Below, piece by piece: positions 53,425 through 64,000 of a stretch of DNA of 64,000 bases. The stretch lies in contig NW_027192191.1 of NCBI RefSeq assembly GCF_041956535.1, positions 433,267 to 497,266 of the forward strand, written 5' to 3'. Positions within the stretch are counted from its first letter, which is position 1; each line of letters starts with the position of its first letter. The position numbers and the translations under genes are program-made. Source of the stretch: Calcarisporiella thermophila CBS 279.70 (taxonomy: Eukaryota > Fungi > Calcarisporiellomycota). The notes beneath the pieces are model-generated. The model saw only the letters and a list, made by a program, of their open reading frames with translations. It had not been told where the DNA came from and ran no database searches.

Positions 53425-54860
53425 TGCTAAAGTGTAAGAACCAAGGTGAGAAAAAAATGGTGAGTCTAAGTGGTAAACGCTTAACAAGAAGGTCGGCGTT
53501 AGTATTTATATGCTCTGAGCATTTATAGCTCGAATGCCTGGAAATCTGGTTGTTTAAAACTTTTCCCATGTAATCTCTTCTTACAAACCCTGATACCATA
53601 TAGAGTACTATGGTGAAATTGACAATGCTTCTATCATATTTTTGTCAAGTGGGCGATATGAAACTTGCCATAAAGGACCAAGAATCGTATGGTTTGATTG
53701 GTCGGCGGGAACAGCATGACTTCAATGCAATAGCTGGATATATGAGGAAGGAATCTTATTACCGGATTGTAATAGGATACTCGCGGAAAATGAAATAAAA
53801 AAAACAAGAGATAGCATAGTCCCTTTTTATAATCTCCCCAAGGTGTACCCTGCCGAAGTGGTTTATGATATTTTTTTTTTAAATAATGAATATCCATTTG
53901 ACGCCTTTTGGATGAAGAATTATCCATTTACACCGCATGTTATCCAGCTTGCGAAAATGGATAGACAATATTTATGACTGTATATATGAATCGCCTTGGA
54001 TTCTTGGACTTGCTTCTAAAATACTATTTGGTACAAATATTTGTATAACTATTCGGTCGGCGCAAATGGGAAAGGGAAATATGATGTGGGGGAGTGCTGG
54101 AAGATAGTATGTACCAACTAAAAACGGCCTAATCTATCCCTGGCAGTATTAATTTTTACGCGAAAAAACTTTGTTCCGCCCATATTATTGGACTTAATTA
54201 ACGGCTAATATCTAGAGCGATCATAGAGTTAAGGAGTCGAACGTTGGGAGGAAAACCAACGGCATTTTTCTAGAACGAGAGTCCGTGCATTCAACAATTA
54301 TATCCTATTAGTTTCTATAGGTTTAAGCTTCGATGTATTTAAATATCAATGCAGAATTGAAAGAGCGTTTTTAGTTGGTAACAATTTAAGCTAGTATTGC
54401 TTGCACTGAAGTGTTTTCGTCTATTCCAATATTTTCTCGCAATTCAATTGTTATCAGTGTAAAGGTGACAACCTAGAGGTCTTTCAACTAATAAATGGAC
54501 TGGCAGTAGGATGAGAATTTATTATTGTTTGATTTTGATTCATGACCCTGATTTTTGCCCGTCCCATTCTCTTGGTGATCGTAAAATGACAGTGGTGGCT
54601 CAACAATTTCCACGCTCCAGTTTTCAAATTCTTCCAAGCAATCCGATTCTTGGATACGCATGAGGATTCCATACAGTCTTACGCATTTGTTTGCTCTATT
54701 TTGAATTTTAAATTTTAGCTGAATCCAAATATACCTTATGGTCGGTGGTCACAAGTCTAGAAGCGGTCCTTTCTTTTTAAACATTCAGACTACAATTTGA
54801 TAATTCCCATCGGCCTCTCTCGACTTCCCCATATACCTGAAGCCTATATCAACGAAAGAA

Positions 54861-56437
54861 ATGGCGTCAATTGAAAATGGCCGGAAACTTCGGCTCGCCA
54901 TTTCTTTCATCTGTGCAGTCATCGGGATGGCATCAGCTGGCACACTGTATATGTTTGGCCTCTATAGTAACAGTTTGGCAGATAAGCTCAACTACTCACA
55001 AACACAGACATCAACCATCGGGTTAGTAGGGGACATTGGGGGGTTTATTCTATCTCCGCTCGTGGGATCTGGGGTGGATCGGCTGGGCCATCGGAGGTAC
55101 ATCCAATGGTACATTATCTGAGTACTATTTGAATATTAATTATTTAATTATGTAGAGTATGCGTGTTGGCCGCCATTTTTCTTTCTTCCGGTTATATTGC
55201 TATGGCTTTGACCTACAATGCGGGCCTTGCGACCACGTCTTTTATCGCCATGTCTTTATATTTTGCGCTTGTTGGTTTAGGAAGCAACTGTGCCTATATG
55301 GCATCGGTCTCCGCTCAAGCCAAAAACTTTAGCTCGCAGCACCGTGGGATAGCGTTGGGTGTGCCCATTGGCGCATACGGACTCTCTGCGTTTATTTGGA
55401 GTCAAATAGGACGAGTGTTCTTCTTCAAAGATGGCGACTTGGACACCTATGCATTTTTGTTCTTCATGGGATTGGTTACTGCCGGGATTAATCTGGTTAA
55501 TGTGGTAGGACTTGCCAAGGTGAGGACTCCCACTGCTACAGCAGAAGAGGAGGAGGGGGAGGTCTCAGGGACGAATGATTCGGCGAATCTTGCAGGTCAG
55601 CGATTGGAAGAGGGTGCCCCCCTATTACAAGATCCCGCTACGTCAATGGAGGGAGCCCATGTGACGATAGATTCACCCAATATGATTGAAGATGCAGATT
55701 CCAAAATCTCGATTGAGGATCGTCCTTTCTTTGCAGATGTTGGGATGTGGGTATTCATCACGGGCCTCACTATGTTGTCAGGTTCGGGCATGCTGTACAT
55801 TAATAGTATCGGCTCTATTGTGGAGGCGCTCTACGGAAAAGCTGTCGAGACGGGGATTACTGACCTCGACAGCCTGAGTGGGAATCACACGGTTGCCGCA
55901 CTCACCACGTTGCATGTGTCTTTGATATCCGCCTGCTCGTGTTCTGGGCGTGTGCTTGCGGGTATCGTCTCTGACTGGGCCAAGCGGCGTGGCATCGACC
56001 GACTATGGTTTTTTATCCTTGCTGGATGCATCATGACATACGGACAGTTTCTAGCCGCGACCACAATCGCGCCCGGTAACAACTCCTTACTTATGGTCAC
56101 GCTGCTTATTGGGACGGCGTACGGGACTATCTTCACCGTTTCGCCCACCATTACCACCGAGCTCTGGGGACTCCGCAACTTTGGTCGTAACTGGGGCTGG
56201 ATGTCATGGGCTCCCGGGATTGGGGGCATGCTCTTCAACTTGGTGTTTGGCGTGGTGTTTGATAGCCGGAGTGGAGGACCAGGTAAACGGTGCCACGAGG
56301 GCCGATCCTGCTTTGCGCCTGCACTCTATCTTACCACTTTGGCCAGCTTGGCGGGCATCATTATGGGGGTGCTGATGCTGTGTTACGTCCGCGTGAATCG
56401 CGCGCATTATACCCCCCTCACCGAGAACAGGGCTTGA
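54861..56437 (+). CDS. MFS transporter, Mch1/nodulin-like (2 exons)
   Basis: AGTLY.FGLYS..L...L.YSQ, KNFS..HRG.A.G.P...YGLSAF, GRVLAG.VSD, G.AYG..F...P......WG...FG.NWG; about 12 hydrophobic helices. Confidence 0.88.
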
Positions 56438-57053
56438 TTTCGGGGTGGTCCTTGGAGACTTCTCCCTATTGTTGCTAGGGACCACATCCTTCCTAAGTAG
56501 ACATCTATCTAGATTCATGTTTGATACCCTTTTCCGTACCCAAGGAATGCAGTTGGACTCTGGACTAGTTTAATCTTTACACTTTCCCCCCTTCTCTCCA
56601 CTCCTCTTCCTCCCCTCTCTTTTCCTCCCAACTTTCTCGTATATTTAACTCATATGATATTGCCATCTCTGTACTGTAATGTTTGCGCACATCGGTAATT
56701 TGATATATGGTTTGCGCCGGCTTCACAAAGACAAAAACTGCTATTATTAAACAAAAACACGTAACTAACAAAAAGGAGGAGGAAAGAGAGAAAATTACAA
56801 ATACAAAAGTGCACAGATACCGTATTTATGTCACATTTCTCATACGTGAAGAAAACACACCCACACCCACACACATACACACAGAGAGAGAAATAAAATA
56901 AAAATAAGCATCTAGAAAGTATTACACAACACTAAAACAAATCATCGGAGAGTATAAGTTGAAATAAAAGGAAATAAAATAAAATAAAACAAATGTGGTA
57001 AAAGATATATAATAGGAGGCGTAAATAGTACATATGGAAAATAAACTAGAGAA

Positions 57054-59696
57054 TCATTTCATTTCCTTTACACTCCACCGGGCCAAACGATGTTCACCTC
57101 CAAACAGACACTCCATACCCCACGACATCGGGTATACAACCCCATCCCTTCGCACGAGAATCACCGGATATGCAACCACCGTGACGGAGGCGGAGAACTC
57201 GCTTGCCATGGGGAGTTCCACCAACAAGCGACAACTGCCACTCGCCTCGCCACCTTTTTCCTCTTCTCCACTCTCCCTTTCGCTTTCCAACTGGGCCTTG
57301 TTTGTCGCTTTTCCCTCCTGCTCCACCATGCGGCGCTTCTGTCTCCCACCAGGACGGATATCGAGAATCTTGGTAGGCAAAGGTCCATGTGGTCCCAGCC
57401 ACACCTCCATTCCCCTTTCTTCCTTGTCTTCGGACATCATTGGCTCGTCTTCTCCCCCCTTGGTCTTCGAATAAAACACATCCACGTCCCCCGCAAAGGC
57501 CAGCTCCAGCGTATGGGTACCGGGCTTATAGATCGGCTTATTCACCAAATGGGGGGGTGCTCGCACAACACTCCGCACAGCAGCAGGCTCCACGACCCCG
57601 AACACCCTCTTGAACTCGGAAACACCCACAATAGTCCAGCACACCGAATCCTCCACATCATCGCCCATTCCGTCGCCACCCTCATTGCCATAGCCAGAGG
57701 GAACCTCGCCATTCTCCCGTGGTTGCCGGGCTCGTTGGAAGGTGAGCAAGCCTTCGCTTACCTCTCCCATGGCCGCACACAAGTATGCATTCTCGCCCGG
57801 CCGCTGAAGCGCAATCTTTTGCATCTGACTGACGGGGCCCGAATTGGTGACGGAAACGCGGCCCTTCTCGACCTTTCGCACGATGAGCGGTTCCGACGAA
57901 ATGCCGGTCGCCACGTCCGTCAGAACAATTTCCGAGCCATAGAAGATGGGACTCTCCTCGTCCTCGTCGACGCAGGTGGTGTTATTGTTCACGAGAAGAC
58001 TTGGGGCACCAGCTTCGGGTGCGATAGGAGCAACGCGGCAACCCCGACGTGAGGGGCGGGGCATCAGCTGGGGAACGCTCAGCACCCTTACATTGAACGC
58101 GCTCCACCCCACGCTCTTAGCACATAGCCGCCCCCGATCCACGCCCACGTATTTGGTGCGCACCGTCTGCGAATTGATCCGGTTGAAAAGTGCAACCCTG
58201 GTGCCCCTTAGTATGCATGACGAAATGTTCTTCGACTTGGTGGTCTTCTTTGAAGGCTTCGAGATAATCGCGATCGGCTCCGACACAAACTCGGTGTTTA
58301 GGACGGGCAGGGTGGGCAGGTACTGAGTATGCAAGCGGAGCCGCAAGTGGAATTGCTTCGCTTTTGCGGTGCTAGTGACGTGGAGGTACTTGAAGATGGT
58401 GGACGCATCCTCGAGATGCTCGGTCTGCTCTTGCACCGAATCTTCGCATATCACCGCCAGGGACACTTCTGGAGCCAAGGTGCGAGTGTATCTACTGTTG
58501 AGGTCAATAGCACCGGTGGGGTTTGGCTTGGGCAGCCCGCTAATCGATACCACTGGAGGTGGGCATAGGAACCGTTTTTCACTGCCGTAAGATTTCTGAG
58601 CAACGGAGCAGTGTAGGCACGTCATGACCACCGCCGTTCTATTGTTGCCGAATTGCCGTGGGGTGAAGGATAAGCCGGGAGGCGGCAGCTGCGGGTGGGT
58701 ATAGGTGAAATTCTGCAGGATATATTCACGAATCTTTGCATTTCGATCCTTGATCATCACAAGCTCCATCTCGGCTGAATGGGTACGCATACGCTTGCGG
58801 ATGTTCCTAACGGGCTGGGGCTCTTGTTTATGAGGCGAGGAGAATGCAGGCGGAGAAACATATGCGCCTCTAGCAGCAGGATATCTCTGGATAACATTTC
58901 CTCCACCGCCACTATCTCTGATGGTGCTCCTCCTTTGTTCCTCTACTCTCTGCGCTGATATATGCCAAGAATTGGCAACCAGAGGTGGAATGGGTGGGAT
59001 TGGCTCCACCTTAATAGCGGGTGCGACTGGGCTCGCTGCAGTTGTGTTCAACGACGAGAATGCCCTTGGTACTGAGGGTGAGCGGTTTGGCGGGGGTAAC
59101 TGGGACAATCTTGGGGATTGATTCTCAATGAGCGAAGAAATGGACATCGAGGTTGAGGTGTAAGAGGAGGTGATCGGAAGCTGAGAGCGTGTTGCGGGGA
59201 CGGATGCTGTAGGCCATGAGGATGAATGAGAAGCAGAATGCGTTGAGTCAGATGAGGAGTTGATTGAGCTTGACGCGGATATTGGAGGGGGGGTTAGCTC
59301 CGAGAGACACGAGGCAATGGATGGGAGCCTTTCAGTTGGTGCTGCGTGCGGGTGCTCGCTTAACTTTGTTCTTACCCCTTGCTGCACTCTTCGATGATAG
59401 TCGGGAGGCATGTAATCCGGGTAGGGGCTTGTCGGCTTCAGTGCGTAAGTGTCTGAATGCTCCACAAGTGGCGTGTTGAAGCGTCGCCAGCTCTTGCTGT
59501 TGGCGAGGGGGCCATCATGCAGGGTAGAAAAAGGAGAAGAAAATGCATCCGATATCTTGTTGACGGGTGGAATAAAGGGTGAGGCATGGGGTAGAATGTT
59601 GGGCGAGGTAAACGATGAAGGATGAGGAGGAGGATGCGAGGAAGTGTAGAAGGAAGAAGGTTCGATGGGATCGGTTTTTGAACGTGATGGATACAT
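57054..59696 (-). CDS. CSL (CBF1/Su(H)/Lag-1) transcription factor, fungal type (probably Cbf11-like class F1)
   Basis: HCSVAQKSYGSEKRFLCPPP, FKYLHV, IISKPSKKT, VALFNRINSQTVRTKY, YGSEIVL, LIVRKV, PVSQMQKIALQ, WTIVG, LVRRDGVVY; long Ser/Pro-rich N-terminus. Confidence 0.93.
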   Translation of the reverse strand: MYPSRSKTDPIEPSSFYTSSHPPPHPSSFTSPNILPHASPFIPPVNKISDAFSSPFSTLHDGPLANSKSWRRFNTPLVEHSDTYALKPTSPYPDYMPPDYHRRVQQGVRTKLSEHPHAAPTERLPSIASCLSELTPPPISASSSINSSSDSTHSASHSSSWPTASVPATRSQLPITSSYTSTSMSISSLIENQSPRLSQLPPPNRSPSVPRAFSSLNTTAASPVAPAIKVEPIPPIPPLVANSWHISAQRVEEQRRSTIRDSGGGGNVIQRYPAARGAYVSPPAFSSPHKQEPQPVRNIRKRMRTHSAEMELVMIKDRNAKIREYILQNFTYTHPQLPPPGLSFTPRQFGNNRTAVVMTCLHCSVAQKSYGSEKRFLCPPPVVSISGLPKPNPTGAIDLNSRYTRTLAPEVSLAVICEDSVQEQTEHLEDASTIFKYLHVTSTAKAKQFHLRLRLHTQYLPTLPVLNTEFVSEPIAIISKPSKKTTKSKNISSCILRGTRVALFNRINSQTVRTKYVGVDRGRLCAKSVGWSAFNVRVLSVPQLMPRPSRRGCRVAPIAPEAGAPSLLVNNNTTCVDEDEESPIFYGSEIVLTDVATGISSEPLIVRKVEKGRVSVTNSGPVSQMQKIALQRPGENAYLCAAMGEVSEGLLTFQRARQPRENGEVPSGYGNEGGDGMGDDVEDSVCWTIVGVSEFKRVFGVVEPAAVRSVVRAPPHLVNKPIYKPGTHTLELAFAGDVDVFYSKTKGGEDEPMMSEDKEERGMEVWLGPHGPLPTKILDIRPGGRQKRRMVEQEGKATNKAQLESERESGEEEKGGEASGSCRLLVELPMASEFSASVTVVAYPVILVRRDGVVYPMSWGMECLFGGEHRLARWSVKEMK

Positions 59697-60238
59697 TGCG
59701 TTTTCTCTTTTTTTTTTAATTGCGGTGAGGAGGATGGTTTGTAGTAGGGGCTCTACAACAGCCAGGAGAGGAGAATAGGTGAGAAAACGGGAGGGTTAGA
59801 AGGAAAAAAAGAGGAAATAAGCAAATATTACTGCAAAACTGTAAGATAAGAGGCAGCGCACGGAACCAACAATTGCAAAATTTTTTTTCAAGAACTAAGC
59901 ATTGATAATCTTCAAATTAATTACTTATTCCGAACTGCCACTGAAACACTTTTTCACACGAAAAAGCGTGTATATTCACACGACCTATTTTATCTCGCAA
60001 TGGCTGTGAAACCAAAGTTTGAAGAGAAATAGGATGAATTATAACGAAGCTGAAAGGTGGTGGAATGTACATATGGCAATGAATCAGAAAAAATTTACAC
60101 CATTTAATAAAAGTTAAAATAGCAACCTTAGCTAGGGGAAATCGAAAATTCCAGATACAACCGGCCATTGCCCATTCATTGCCTCCACTGTTTCCCCTCT
60201 CTCCTCGACCCAGCGCATTTTCTCCCCCGATGGAGGGC

Positions 60239-62647
60239 CTATTCGTCATTTTGACTTTCCTGCACATAGAAACATGGCTCGTCTGCATTCTCTTCAACAC
60301 TTGCCTCCAAAGTCAACCGTTCAAATATCTCATCAAGCCCCGTTTCAATTACAAATTTACCCACACTTCTCCGCTTGCCCGCGTCGGTAGCGGCGCGGCT
60401 TCGCGTCTTGCGGCGCCGCGTATTATTGGTGTCTTCCGTCTCATCCTCGTCATAGACGGTGGTGACGGGGCGCAATTTCATGCGCAGGAGGGTACGGGGG
60501 GAGCGGAAGGTAACAGTTGGAGCGGAAAGCCGTCGTTCGCGTGGACCGGGAGAAGCAATTAGGTTAGGCAGGGAATCGCCAGCGGTATCGGCACTGGACA
60601 GCACAGGGGCTGTGGTAAGTTTTCCTGAGGGTATCGCGGTTGTATTAGGAGCTTTCACTGGAGTAGCAAAGGGAGTAGCACTAGCGGTTGGAAGAGGGGT
60701 GGGCGGCTTAGAGGGAGTAGAGGCTGGAGCAGTCGAAGGCGCCGCAGTTGTGGCAGTAACGGGCGCATTGGATGTGGGGGCAGGAGTTGATAAAGGTGCA
60801 GGGGTGACGACGGGAGAACTAGAGGCAGTAATGGAGGGAATAATGGATGCCTGAGGGGTGCCGGTAGCGAGACTGCTCATGGTCAAGGCTGCGGCGGTGG
60901 TAGTTGTGACTGGTGATGGCGCCAACTTTGTAGTTGACGTTGGATCAGTAGCAGCAGAGGATGCGTTGCCAGCCGCAGCAGTGGTTGCAACCGGGCCACC
61001 TAGAGAAGTCTTCCCAAAAGATGCAAATAGGGAGGGAGCAGCAGATGCACCCACGGGTGCAGCAGGGGTGGCCGGAGTCGTAGTAACTTGCGGAGTGGGG
61101 GCCAAGGCTAGCTGGCCAAGGGTAGTTGCTGGTTTATTTCCTGCTTGCGCTAACGTGGCAAATGGGCTTGATGCAGGCGCTGAAGTCGCACCTGCCCCGA
61201 GAGATGCAAACGGGCTGGCGGTTGGCTGCGTCGTCGTCCCGGAAACTGGGGGTTTTGCGGTTCCAAAGCCCCCTTGCAAAGGGGTGGCTCCCAATGGACT
61301 GGGCTTTCCGAAAGCTGGTGTGGACTGTGCCGTAGAGAGGGAAGAGAACGGGGAGGAGGCCGCGCCTCCCCCAAATCCAGTGCTACCAAATGTCGGTGCA
61401 GGCTTTGCTGCACCGAATGATCCAAATCCAGTTTGCCCAAAGCTAGGCGTGGTGGTGGCACTTAGCGCAGTTCCAAATCCACTAGCTACTTGTGGCTGTG
61501 TTGGTTGTGTTGATTGCGCTAGTTGCGCTGGTTGTGGTTGTGATTGAGATGGCGGGGCTTGGCCAAATATATTGGTCGTGGCAGCTGCTGAAGGATTTCC
61601 GAACGGAGATGAGGCCGGCGGTGCTGCTCCAAATCCTCCACCTAGGGATGATCCAAATGACCCAAATCCACCTCCACCTGGCGTGCTCGTAGGAGCGGAA
61701 GGTTGACCGAAAGCAGGTTGAGAGGTAGTGCCGCCAAACCCTACCCGCCCGAAAGCCGTCTGTCCAAAAGGTTGTGCTTGAGGTTGATTCTGTCCGAATA
61801 CGGAGCTGGTGTTGGTGGTACTTAGGTTGGGCTGTGACGAGGCCATCATCCCGAAGGAAGTCGTTTGTGCGGAAGGCTGTGCGGAACCAAATGCGGCCCC
61901 AGTCGAGCTCTTTCTGCCTTGTTCATAGTCACGCAGGCGAAGTTCCTATAAAGAATAAGTGTGGTAGAATAAAATGGAAATGAAGAAAAAAATGGCTTCT
62001 TATCGTTGACTATTAAGCATACCTCGAAGGAATAGTTTCTGTAAGCAGGCATGCAATTGATTGAGAAATAGGTTACCAAGGAGCCCTGCAAATCCTGTTC
62101 AGTGGTAGTTTGATAAGAAACGGTGGCTGTTCCGTTGGAAATGGTCTCATCGGCGGCAAAAACTGCCGATTTTTGTGCTTGTGCATTTCCGATACTTCCG
62201 AATGCAGAACCACCAGACATGCCGCCACTAGTCAAGCTAGTTTGTTGAGGTTGTCCAAATGCACTTTGAATTGGAGCAGAAGCATCTACTCAGTCCAGCA
62301 AAATAATTACTATTATATGTGCACATCAAATAAACAAAGTTGAAACACCCACTTCCAAATCCACCCAGCGCGCTTGTAGTAGATCCTCCAAAAGCAGACT
62401 GCGATTGACCAAATCCTGACTGACCAATACTAGGGGTCGTGTTGAAGCCTGCTATAATAAAGTGTAGTGTGAATTCCTCTCATCGGTTCCATTATGCCTA
62501 TGATGTTATCGACTTACTGGATCCAAATGCGGGAGTCGCGCTCTGCCCAAAAACAGACGACTGTTGTGGTTGTTGTTGTTGTTGCTGTGGTTGGTTTTGT
62601 TGGCCAAATGCGCCAAAACCGCTCGAGCCACCTCCTGACCCAAACAT
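60239..62647 (-). CDS. Nup98-like FG-repeat protein with GLEBS motif, lacking the autoproteolytic domain and Nup96 (4 exons, ~730 aa)
   Basis: MFGSGGGSSGFGAFG start; FG repeats; GLEBS GTATVSY...FSINCMPAYRNYSFE|ELRLRDYEQGRK spliced across intron ~62021-61948; stop at 60239. Confidence 0.82.
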
Positions 62648-63093
62648 ATTACAATTTTTTTAAAAAAAGATCAGAAATGCTCAATGAAAGCTAAAGAGCT
62701 TTTCCGGCAAGTTAGACACAATAACTTCAGCGCGTTTCAAACCTCCGGGAGGGGACCTCTTGAGGTCAAATAGTTAAAACAGGTCTTAATGTGGCTTATG
62801 AAATTGCCGTCACGGATTTGAATCAGTTAGTGCAATCGCAGTAAACAACTATGGAGGTTCGTGTGTGTTCCCCGTGGAAATGTCAAAGAATCACGTATTA
62901 TTAAATACCTTCCATAGATGTTTGTCACATACTCGGACATTTCCGTGTGGAAAAGGTCTGCAATTATCTCGATTGCATACAGGTTAGTCGACATCACACA
63001 CACAACATATATGTCCATTTCCTATCCCTTATGTTGACGCAAATTGGTCTCCATGCTTTCTAATCGCTTCGTCTTGTGTCTTTTTTTCTACAG

Positions 63094-64000
63094 TTAATGC
63101 GGCCAGATCGGCCTCTTCCAGTCATTCCACCACAAAACGCCATATCATATTGCACTCATATCCAACCGATCCGCTGAGTGTTTATAATCGAAAATTAGAT
63201 CATTTGTCCAGTAAATCTTTTCAAGCAAATGCGGTGTTTCGAATATGCGAACAAATCAAATCACAGGGCTTGAAGCCAGACTTAATTACTTATAATGCCT
63301 TGTTACGGGCCTACCAACAGCTGGGAGATACTTCCAAGGTCATGCAGACATTAGAAGAAATGAGACAAGTGGGCATTTCCCCGACAATAGGAACCTATAC
63401 TGCTTTATTGCAAGTAGGTATTAGGTTATGTTTGCCAGATAAAAAAGTTTCATATCTGGTCGGAGGGTCTGAAGCGATACTAAAGAGAAGTGGGCATTAC
63501 TTATTTCTCTATAATAGGCATGTGCCAAGGTGGGTGATCCCGTCCAACGCGAATGTATCATCCGTCTAATGAAAGACGCAGGATTTGAGCTGAACCAAGT
63601 GGCCTATGAGCACATCATTGATGGCATGTGCAACAACGAAGAACTTGAACATGCCCTCTCTACGCTCGCGAAGATGGAGTCGGAGGGGATCCAGCCCTCA
63701 TTGCAGACGTTTATAAGGTTGATACGGCAAGCTGTCGATTTCTGGGAGCCTGAGGTAGCCATGCGATTGCTACGGAAGGCAACCGAGACCTATGTGGAGG
63801 TGTATCCATCCCTTTACCTGGAGGTGTTAAGAGTGTGTGCATACGAACACGAGGTAAATTTTTGATGGATACTGGATAACTGGGCGGCGGAAATTTTTTT
63901 AGTTTCACTTTCCTGCCGGCGTATGCCCAATGCAGCTTTTCCACTCACCCCCTATCCTCTCTTCATTTCTTCTTTTAGGTGGAGGGTGTATTGTATTGCT
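63094..64000 (+). CDS. Pentatricopeptide-repeat protein (partial; further upstream exon(s) likely)
   Basis: Tandem 35-aa repeats: GLKPDLITYNALL, GISPTIGTYTALL, GFELNQVAYEHII, GIQPSLQTF; introns at 63414-63517 and 63854-63978. Confidence 0.88.

Overview
Gene-dense, intron-rich fungal DNA. An early-diverging fungus, probably Mucoromycota, is inferred from the short introns, a fungal CSL factor, a WD40-TRP channel and the Tos4/Elg1/Ndt80 set. Splicing by hand gives about 26 protein genes plus tRNA-Asp(GTC). In order: PEX39/DUF5572-like (partial), RHO2, RPS15, DsbA-like thioredoxin, S8 subtilase, ~1600-aa WD40+TRP channel, DUF962/Mpo1, NDT80-like TF, Dnf1/2-type flippase, SPO11, histidine acid phosphatase, ELG1, beta-tubulin, TVP23, CDC9, JJJ1, ADP1-type ABCG, SCCPDH-like, TOS4-like, a small secreted 8-Cys protein, PRISE-type SDR, Mch1-like MFS, CSL TF, a Nup98-derived FG/GLEBS protein and a PPR protein (partial). 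No transposon, rRNA or CRISPR was seen. Most notable: (1) unusual splicing, with a probable GA-AG intron, four GC-AG introns (two in SPO11) and 4-, 6- and 15-nt microexons that build catalytic or functional motifs; (2) a Nup98 paralog that keeps GLEBS, FG repeats and linker motifs but lacks the autoproteolytic domain and Nup96; (3) a possibly KP6-like secreted protein in an AT-rich island beside the tRNA; (4) MCB/SCB-type (ACGCG) sites before TOS4, ELG1, CDC9 and tubulin; (5) a +1 frameshift inside the Ndt80 domain, probably a homopolymer error. All family calls come from motif recognition; no database search was run.
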